A stretch of 61,370 nucleotides of DNA, filler included, from Circinaria calcarea (taxonomy: Eukaryota), in assembly GCA_051942165.1 (NCBI GenBank). It is 4 parts of 4 records of this genome, joined end to end, with 100 filler letters (N's around TTAATTAATTAA, not from the genome) between each part and the next. Parts side by side here need not be neighbours in the genome. Positions count along the whole stretch, not along the records: positions 46,109 to 61,370 come from JAVECS010000378.1; 3 more parts are not named here. The stretch is one strand, 5' to 3'. Shown piece after piece: positions 51,936 to 61,370 of the stretch. The first letter of the stretch is position 1. Each line of letters starts with the position of its first letter. The position numbers and the translations under genes are program-made. Under the pieces are notes generated by a model. The model searched no databases and was not told where the DNA came from. It saw only the letters and a list, made by a program, of their open reading frames with translations.

Positions 51936-53328
51936 TCATTGGCCTGAAGATACGACTTCTTCCAAAGGCCAGTGTAAGGGTGATTTTGACGGTTCGTCGG
52001 GTGCTGCAGAATCATCCCCGTCAAGATTAATAATAGAAGTTTGTGAGGTCTCTGCTATGCTAGTTTGCTCGTGCCGCGATACGCCCGGCATAGCTCTGTT
52101 TATCGATTCCCTATCTCCACTCGGTTGCGTGTCACTTGAACTCGTCGGTTCCACAAACTTCTCAGCACCTTCCTTGGTCGACTGGTTTCGTTTCTGTCGA
52201 GCCTCTGCGATCAAACGCTTGAAGTCATTTCCATGATCTGCTGCCCATGCGGCGCCATCAAAGTCTTTCCTCATGATAAAGTTCGGACCGTGTTGTGTGT
52301 TCGACGTGCTGGGTGCGTTACCACCTTGGGTTCTTTCCCAAACATCTAAATCGGAGAGCAGCTCGCGTTTGCTTCGGGGCCGAGATGAATCGCAATTGGC
52401 GTTCCAAAGATTCACCCATTCTGTATGTCGGCGGATGAGCAGCTGTTTTGGACCCCAGCTTGGTATACCTAGCGCAGTGAACTTTTTGCGTAGGGCATTC
52501 TCAGTGAGTATTGAGTAACTGAGTGATGGGAGACGATCTGGTGGGTTTGCAGTCGTTGCGGAGAATGGATGCTGCTTCGTGGGATTACTTGGGTGGTTTT
52601 TGATCAGCACGGGCATATCTAAATGTCTACTGACTAGTTTCTAACCTGGCCGGAGGACGTTTGGTCGTTTGGGGCTCATGTATTTCTTTGCTATCTTGGC
52701 ATGTATCTAGATGAGAAAAAACATCCTCTACCTTCATTCGTTGTCCACAGATCGGACAAGCTGCAAGATTGTCGTCTGTCCAATGGTAAGCGGGCGCGCT
52801 TGCAGTAGATAGAGGAATGATACCAGGTTCCAGGTTTAGGTCCTTGAGATTTTGCGATTCCCCCGGATGGTCATCTGCTGCTCGAATTGGTTTCGGCGAC
52901 CTTCGACTCTGTGACCTGGTTTTCCTACGCGACGTACTACATGGCTCATCATCCCCAAAGTCCGTGTCGCCCAACTTCCTCTTTTGCGGCGGAGTACTCC
53001 GGCTGTCCTTCGCCCCCATTAGATCTTGCCCAAGCTGTAAGATGATCGGCCTCGCGGTTTTGAAGGCATCCACGAGCTCCTCCACGACCCAATTCCGTCG
53101 GAGTCGCAGCTCCTGGTCAGGAGCACGACAGGAAGGGCATTTGCCATCAGTTGTCAGACATCGTCGAATGCATAAGGAGCAGAAGGTATGCGAGCACGAG
53201 GTGATCATGGGAGTGTTGTAGAAGTCCTTGCACACTTGGCACCGAAGGGCAGCCTCGACAGGTCCCAAGGGTGCCACTGGAGTCTTGAGCCAGTCCGACG
53301 GGTCTGCAACATCGTAGGAACGATGCAT
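51936..53328 (-). CDS. RAD18: Rad18 RING E3 ligase (RING, UBZ, SAP-like)
   Basis: DPSDW, CQVCKDFY..SCSHTFCSLCIRRCL..CPSC, ACPICGQ..HLDTC, LPSLSYSIL..LRKKF..LGI..RRHTEWVNLWNANCDS. Confidence 0.96.
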
Positions 53329-54139
53329 TGGAGGACCGCACAGGTAGGCGATCAAAGGCAACGGCAGCGTCGAGAACGAGTCGGCTCAAGGACGTTGTAG
53401 TAGGTGAAGTCCCGGTAAGTTTGTGGCTGGAGACGGCCAGCCGAACGCGCCAGCTATCTCTACACGTGACCGGGACTTTTCAAAGCCAATCTACTGTACA
53501 TGAAGTGTGAATCATATTCCATCTCAACCAGCCGTTTCATCATGAGGCTGCTTCTACACCGTTCCCGACTTGGAGGATCGCAATGTTTTGTTGCTTCTAC
53601 CTCGACTGCCCAAATAACCTTCTTTGTCCTTTACCTGCGCTTTCGCAGTCTAGCTCTGATGGCCATTTCCGTCTGCTCTCGGTGGCTTCGCAAGCTGCCT
53701 AGAGTTGTTGCGGTGCTGTGGTCCAACTTGTCCAAGCACACAGCCCGCACACAACCCAATCCCTTGTGCATGCAAACACTGTTGGATGCCAAATGACTTG
53801 ACAATTTGCAGCGGTTCAATGTACGTTTTGCATATCAGAGGCGCTGCGATCTTTCCATGAAGCTGGTGACAGGGCGTTGACTAGTAGTACCAACTGGATT
53901 CTCTTATTTTGCAACAAACTTCAAAGTGGCCACGCCGGCAGCTCAAATATCATCCAGCCGTAATCCGCTGTTCCTAGTGCGTTTTCTTGCTCGACTTTGC
54001 ACAGTATAGAATGGGTCCTACCTACAAACCTTCTCTCTCCTCGCATCAACTTCTCTTCCTCCTCTGCACTACTGTTGATTCATGTGACTAGCAGGCTAGT
54101 CCGCCCTCCTCTTTTCCGCTCGGCAGTGAACACATCCTC

Positions 54140-56504
54140 ATGGCGTCGCCACACCGAAAGCCGCTCAGCTCTAATCCTCCCATGTATCTCCCTTCTCACC
54201 AAGGGGGTGTACCCAAAGACTATATTAATATTGAACCTGGTTCCTTCAGGGAAACAGGAGATGGCCGGTCATCTACAATAGCTACGAATACTACCTCACG
54301 ATCCTCCGTAACCTATCTTCCGCCACCGTTTCCGCCTCCAGGTGGAGGGGATGACACCGATACTCGCCAGACCTTTGCACAGAGACATCGCAAATCCATT
54401 GCTGTAGTAAGGTATCTGACCGTATTACTTCTCATTACGATATGTTTCGTAGCTCCTGTCGTCTTCCTTGGCGGCGTCAAACAGAAAAAGAGCGAGAAAA
54501 ACCTCCGATACTACATCTCCGTATGGCTACTGATCACTTGGGGATGTGCTTGCGTTTCGAATATCTTCATCAACCTTTTTCCATACTTGTTCAGATTCAT
54601 AGCCGGGTGGGTGAACCCGGGCCATGTTAAGTATTGGCGGATCTTTCGATTCATGAGATTATCTATCACCCTCCTAGGAGCTGCTATCGGTGCATATGTC
54701 TCGTTCATATTTGTGAGTCCTCCTTCTTGGCACTGCTACGGGCGGCTAATCGGCAGTAGATTATTGTTAATAACAAGAAATTGCATAAAGAGAAAGATAG
54801 CGGGATCAAAAAGGGTTCCTTCGAATGGGAAGATATTCTCAAGTCACTAATAATCAATGCGGACAAAAAGCTCAAGAAGCCCGCTGACGCCGGTTGGGAG
54901 AAGATCCTCAAGGACGTCCTATCGATCGTGATCATCTGGGCTGTTCTGTTTCTGCTCGAGAAGATTGCGATGCTCTACATCTCCATCCACTATCATTACC
55001 GTGCTGATGGCAATCGAATTGAGAAGTCGAAGCGCACTCGTGGAGCCTTGGCCACGCTGTACGAAGCATCAATTTCAGTTTACCCTACCTTTCGTGAACC
55101 ATTCTGCTCAGAAGATGCCATAATACACGATATGACGGGATCAGGCAAGGGGCCTGGCGCACTGTTTGGGAGGATAGGCTCCGCAGGTAATAAAGTAATG
55201 AATGGAGTGGAAAACTTCCTCAACCCCAATGAGAAGTCGCATTGGTTTAAATCAGCTTCTACATATTCAATCGTGGATCGTGCACTCGAACATCAGAACT
55301 CATCAGCAGCACTGGCTAAGCGAATATGGATGTCACTTGTCACTGAAGGACGGGACGCTTTAACAGTACATGATGTTGTTGAGGTTCTTGGTCCACACAG
55401 GAAAGCAGACGCAGAGAAGAGCTTCAGAGTAATCGATGAGAACCAGAACGGCGATGTTACGTTGAACGAAATAGTCCTGACGGTATTGGAAACCGGAAAC
55501 ACACGCCATTCCGTATATCAGGGAATGACGGACATCAACAGAGCAATCAATACCCTGGATTGGATCTGCATTGTACTTACTGCGATGACCGTAACAATTT
55601 ACGCTGGTAGGTTTATTATCATCTCTTGCAAACCTCGAACAGTTCATGTTGTGGTACTCTTGCTGAGTTTATCATAGTTGTGCGATATGTTCCAGCTCTC
55701 AAAACTATGAAAGACGCCGCCGGCTTCGCAGCACTCGGTCTCACCTGGGGTCTCGGAAGATCCGTCTACGAGTTTATCAATGGGTGTATATTCATCTTCT
55801 TTAAACACGCCTACGATATTGGAGACCGTATTGAGATTTACAACCCTCAAGCCTCTCTCGTTACCTCGGTTGTGGTGACCCGCATCTCGATACTCTTCAC
55901 TGTTTTCAGGCGTGTAGATAACGGGAAGGATCTTCAGATGTCCAACGATCGTCTAAACCTAAAGCGCATTGAGAATGTTACCAGATCTGGTGCCAATCGG
56001 GAAGAAACTTCCATCTTCGTCGACTTCAACACTACCTTTACAGATATTCAGTATCTGAAATTGGAACTGGAAGCCTTTCTGTCCAGCAAGGAGAATTCTC
56101 GGGATTATCAACCAGGTTGCGAAATTCAGGTTGCCTCGATTCATGAGATGAACAAGCTGGAACTCAGGTGCAGTTTCGTGCATAAGTCAAACTGGTCGAA
56201 CGAGGAACTACGAAGAGCGCGTAGTTCCAAATTCATGTGTGCTCTAGTGGCTGCTATCCGGAAGATTCCAATAGTCAAACCTGGAAGCCTTCCTGTTCCG
56301 GTCAAGGTACCAGTAATGGAGGATGCGATGGAGGAAATGGCGTACGACAACCTTACCCTTATTCCAGTGACGTCTGATAACACCTCTCAAGGAACGTTGA
56401 GTAACGCGAGCGGTGCGCAGATTAATTCCTGGGTCGGGCATGGACCAACTGGCTTGAGGAGGAGATCTGAACAGATACCCTCGGCGGTTTTCTATGGCCG
56501 CTAG
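54140..56504 (+). CDS. MscS-family mechanosensitive channel (Msy1/2-like) with EF-hand
   Basis: LLEKIAMLYISIHYH, ALAKRIWMS, DENQNGDVTLNE EF-hand, IFIFFKHAYDIGDRI, ISILFTVFRR, IENVTRS, HKSNW; introns 54713-54759 and ~55607-55677. Confidence 0.92.
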
Positions 56505-57258
56505 GTGGTGAACAAGCCCCTTTCGTTGTGTGTCTGGTGTATTACCATCGGACTCGTCGGTTCTCGATGGCGTTTTGAGCGACTCGACTGCCTTGGATTC
56601 AATATCCACATCCTCTACCCACTTACTCAGATGACGAGCTGCCTTCGGCCCGCGTCTGAATTAGGCGCACGGTAGCCTGTCTCGTGATGATCCTGTAGTA
56701 GGACTATGAGCGACTATGGGGTAGATGGCCCAGCAAATTAACCATGGTGATTTGTATCGAAGCTCGGGCAAGGACTACAGGGTCTTGCTTATGGAAGGTG
56801 GTGGGAAGGCCATAACCGAGACATGAAGAGTGAGAAGAGGAAGAGGAATTCGTGGTGGTGTAGGAAGTGCATGATTGAAGCTTGGAGATAGAGGTTCACG
56901 CTGGTAAAGATGGAACACTGCATTGTTGTTGAGTCCCTGATTGAATCATGTGCCGAACCAATCTAGTTGGGATTGTAGGGATAATATGGCGTGGAGAATA
57001 AATAGTCTGAAATGAAGAAAAAGACGGATATCGGGATTAGTCTTACCTTGCCTTATGTAGAAAGAATCATGTATTTCTATCTTAAATACCTTAACCATCA
57101 AAATTACGATTCTCACCAGAAGACGTTAGGCTGTGAAAGCATCATGGTTCACTCGGCCGAGAGAGTTAAAGTTTGAAACATATGCTCACTATAATTCTGT
57201 AACTATTTAGGTAAACTCTTGCACTTCCGAACATCCCAACGAACAGACAAGGCACAAA

Positions 57259-59194
57259 ATGGCCCACGATTACATGACATATCTGGCAATCAACGTTTTG
57301 AATGAAGAGAAACTGGTATGGCGGCCATATGACATCGAAGACATGACCGTTAATCACGTTCGATTAGGTGACATACAGGGCGTTGAGCCGGGCGTTGAAA
57401 GTCCACGGCACTGCTGCGAAAAAGTAAAAGAAAAGTAAAAGTTACCCTGAAAGAAAGGCCTGACAGGATTTAGAATGCTGTATGACTTTCATCGCCAGCA
57501 GAATGCTAGAAGAGCCGGATCCGTCCACGCAACATATCTATTAAGCGGGATCACTTTAATACAGAGGGCATCTGATGCGGGTGGGAACGGTAGAGCAGAG
57601 GGCGGGGACGTACAGATGCAGAGCAGTCCGTTTATGAGTAGCTCTACGCCGCATCAGGACGAGGAAGAAGATGTGCATTCAATGAAGGTTGTTACACTCG
57701 TAAGGGAGGAGCACCTCGAAGGTCAATATAGCTTGCTCATTCTCACAGCCTGGTGACATTACTGAATGTGGACATCAGCGGCAAAAGCAAAATATGATGG
57801 GATCACTTCCATACATGTTTACGGCTTGGGACCAAGTTCTTTCCAGGTTTGTCCTTGGAAAAATTGGGAATTCGCACTGAAGATACTCATACCGCTAGAA
57901 CATACAATTACTTTCGGACTGTACGAGGGAGATATCTGTCACGTACGCAAAGGAAGACCCACTGGAGGTCGGAATACAATACGGCGTGATACAAAATCCT
58001 TTGGTTAAGGTGAGCAATGACGACGCCCCTGAGCCGAAACTAATAATCTTATAAAAACCGTAGCGGAGAACAGGGCGAAGACCAATCATCGCAGCGCCAC
58101 CTGCTAGTGATGTCAGGGTCGCTTCGAAGACTGCAAGTCAAGCTATGTCAACCTCTATCACTGTAGAGAGGGAGACGAAGAAGACTGGCAGCCCCACTGA
58201 TTCATCTGAAGCGAAGCAAGATATTAAGCAGCCTCAGCCGACAGGATCGAGCAAGAAGACGGCTACCAAGCCTCCAGCTATGAAACGGGATCAGTCGAGT
58301 ATCTTTAAACAGTTCAGCAAGGCAAAACCCAAGATTCCCCGGGAGGAAACCGGCAGCTCTGTTGATACCTCTCCCGCAGTCACAACCCTTCAATCGGTAT
58401 GTAAGTCTATGGGCTTGCTGCGCCGAATGCTTTATTTGCTGAAGCCGAGTAGGAAGTTGCAAATGTCCTCGAAGACGGTACGCAACCGATCTTCTCTGGT
58501 TGGGAAGTCACTGATCTAGCTAGAACCTATGAAGGACGCCTCGGAAGATGAACAAGAGGACGATTTGATCATAAGCTCGGCGAAGAGCAATGCATCAAAG
58601 AGAGCATCGAAAGCTGAACGCGAGGAGAAACTCCGCAAGATGATGGATGACGAAGGTACAGTATCCTACCCCAGATACGTACCATGACTAACCATCTAGA
58701 CGAACCCATGGAGAATGCTCCGGAAGAAGCCCCCGAACAAGAAGAGGCCTCAAAGCTGGCATCCGCCCCAGTATCTCAGGAGGAGTCAAGCTCAGAACCT
58801 CCCTTGACTTTGCCGGGAGGTCGACGGAGAGGCCGACGGAAGGTGATGAAAAAGAAGATGCTCAAGGACGAAGAGGGATATCTTGGTAAATTTTTCACTC
58901 CCCCTTCAACCACTTCGCGAAGCCCATGCCTCCGCTTTTATTCTAATTATAAATCGCCCCTTCTGCGTCGAGGCACCCGCATCGTCAACTCAAAGCGTCC
59001 ACTGATCCATGTTCGTTGCAGTCACCAAAGAAGAAGTAGCCTGGGAATCCTTCTCCGAAGACGAGCCGGCCCCCCCAGCACTTAAGCCCAAAGCACCAGC
59101 CTCCAGCAACACTGGCCCTGTACCAGCTAAAGGCAAGAAAACGGGTGCGAACCCGGGACAAGGGAATATCATGAACTTTTTTGGAAAGAAATGA
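57259..59194 (+). CDS. POL32: DNA polymerase delta subunit 3 (Pol32/Cdc27)
   Basis: YLAINVLNEEKL/VTYRALSRALKVH, MLYDFH..VHATYLLSG, RRRGRRKVMKK..DEEGYL/VTKEE..WESFSEDE, terminal PIP box QGNIMNFF. Confidence 0.94.
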
Positions 59195-60644
59195 GGTTGA
59201 GGCTAAGACGGAGGTAGATGAATCTGGAGCGTTCGCAACTGCATTTTACTTTGCCCCCAGCGGACCAAGACCATGATTAACAGGAAGGAACTGACTCTCA
59301 AAACGGCTTCTGGCGTGATACTAGTAGTGTGGGACGAGCAGCTGCATGCCTACATATTCGGGTGACTTGAATAGGTGCAAATCAAAAATCTATCGACCTC
59401 CGAATAGACCCAGCCGAGCAACCAAAGATCTCTACTCAAGGGTGAAGATGATCCTTTCTTGCTTTTACTGGCCAAAGGTTGGCCTTCCTTGCCGCTTGCT
59501 CTGCGCTGTTTGATTTCTGCAGTCCCATCCTTCTGTTTCACGGAGAACGGTAAGCAAGCGGATTAGTAACCCGGACCCGTCTTCTTTGGGGAAGGGAGAA
59601 GAAGGCCGTTGGAAAGGGTGAAGCGATGGTCTGTGACCTGCTGCAACTGACCGATACCGTGAGTCTGGTTTGGCTTGAAGGTTAAGGCAGAGGATTAGAC
59701 TGAACCCTTAACTGCTCTTTCGACGGATTCTGTGTGACGAGTGGTTTTCGGTCGGTCGACTCTGTCGTCGTCATCGTTGTCCTTGGCCAAGCGGTGCTTA
59801 AGAGTACCAAAGATGAAGCCACTTCTCGTTATGGCGATAATGCAGGATGGAGGTTTGACGTCCTCAATATATATCCGCGGACTTTCCAAGTACCCTAAAG
59901 AAGACAAGTAATGATCCCTTGCGTGATACTGAAAGGCCCCTCTGCATCTCCTTTCACCATGGGGGCTTAAAAGCCGGTTGACGGCCCAAACCAACGGAAG
60001 CAACAGTGTCAATGTTTACATGCAAAATTTTATCATACTGTTCCCACGCCACGTACTTCATCATGGTAATCTGCAAGTGCTGGTTTGTGCTACTGCTTCG
60101 CTCCCGACATCTATTTTCCCTCGGGCACGATAACCCGTTTCAGGAGCCACCAGATAGCATATAGCAAAAGAATAAATGTATAGCAGCTATAGTGCATTAA
60201 ACACACCTCCTTTCCCATCTTCTGCCAGACCCTTGGATACATTGTGTCTGTGAATCTTGGCTGAAATTTGGGAGTCTACATTTGCTGGAGAAGTCTGAAA
60301 ACATAGGGGCCGGGGAGCCGACATTGCGGGCAATGGTGCACTCTCTGATCATGCCGGGAAGATTAGGTATTCAAAAACGAAACGTTGGTGATGCCCCGAC
60401 AATGCCTAGTGCTGCCATCGAAGTCCTAGCCATGCGGAAAATGGAGATTAATAGCCCAGATCACGTAAGCTCGCCACCTTGAACGCGAACAGAATCGATT
60501 AACAGGCATATTCTCCCGTGTCCATGGGGGAAACAGAATTATACCGCTAGGTTTGAGAATTGTCGACAGTCCGGGCAGGAGACATGAGCACACTACTTAC
60601 CTTGAAAGCAAAAACACCTTATCGAGCATTGGGAATAGCAATAT

Positions 60645-60938
60645 TTGGGGGGTTTTGGTTTTTTTTTGTTATACTCGGAGGTTGTTAGGTAGGCCCGGAA
60701 TAATAGTGCTCCCAGCCAATCAATACCTCGTCTGCAAGGCCCCCCCTTGGCCTGGTTTATATAGCTCTATTATATATCCAGAACGGAGCTATGTTATACT
60801 AGTAGACCTAGTGTGGCCAATACGAGAATACAGTTTCTACCTGCCTATCCTCCGTGCTTTACAGTATCAAGCTTAGCTTATCGGCACCGTGCTCCCAAGC
60901 ACAACAGATTTCTAACAAAAATAAACAAAACCCCCCAA
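60645..60938. mobile_element. Putative MITE-like element (~295 bp) with ~26-bp imperfect terminal inverted repeats
   Basis: Left TTGGGGGGTTTTGGTTTTTTTTTGTTA versus right TAACAAAAATAAACAAAACCCCCCAA; no TSD found. Confidence 0.55.
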
Positions 60939-61370
60939 GTGTGGCAAATTATCATACGATATAGTAATGTCCGTTATTCTGATGTCACTCATAGTGTCAC
61001 GCGAATTATTAGTTGATCCGCTCAGTTTCATTACTAGCCATAATCTAATGCTACAGCGCTAGACACCTGCAGGCACAGATGCATAAAGCTTTAAGCCTCA
61101 AAACCATCTTGACAACTTGAGACCAATGGATGGAAATTATTCTATCTCAGGGAACCTGACTTGAAGTGATCAACCATCTACTCCATCACACCCTTCTTCC
61201 CATCTCCATCGGTATCCTTCATTGGGTTTAGACGGTCCAAAAGGCCAGGTTTCTTATGAGTGGTAGATGAACCCGTTGATCCGTAGTTATCAGAAGAGGT
61301 ATTGTAGCCAGTACCAGACGTATGATGATCACGACCTAGACCTCGGGAACCATCCCTATCGGAGTCAACG

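Noticed and set aside
51936..59194. RAD18 and POL32 proximity as a DNA-damage-tolerance cluster
   Set aside because: Separated by an unrelated channel gene; no shared regulatory element visible; chance linkage is sufficient
59350..60482. Short ORFs downstream of POL32
   Set aside because: No motifs, mostly non-ATG starts and no convincing splice structure

Overview
Eukaryotic DNA from a filamentous ascomycete (Pezizomycotina-type GT..CTAAC..AG introns, mostly 45-100 nt). The window is not one locus. It is four whole contigs (15277, 15267, 15264 and 15262 bp, i.e. size-sorted) joined by artificial 100-nt N44-TTAATTAATTAA-N44 spacers, so gene adjacency across spacers is meaningless. Housekeeping genes recognised: BNA7, eIF3h, SAH1 (truncated), BCAS3-like, POB3, GtaA-type glutaminase, a GH5 glucanase, BBP/MSL5, TRS85, CHM7, RAD18, an MscS channel and POL32. 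Accessory or degenerate material: an APH-like kinase, F-box and DUF7730-like genes, a HeLo-like N-terminal-domain gene facing a PD-(D/E)XK-like gene, a HET gene with a nonsense codon, a gypsy relic carrying a nested solo LTR, a MITE-like element and a 17-bp minisatellite. The two most interesting signals are (1) a glutathione S-transferase apparently fused to a WRKY/FAR1/AFT-type C-C-H-H zinc-finger domain, with a long intron that could yield TF-only and GST-only (possibly mitochondrial) isoforms, and (2) an intron in the branchpoint-binding-protein gene packed with branchpoint motifs, a hairpin and poison 3' splice sites, suggesting splicing autoregulation. All family assignments are by motif recognition only; no searches were run.
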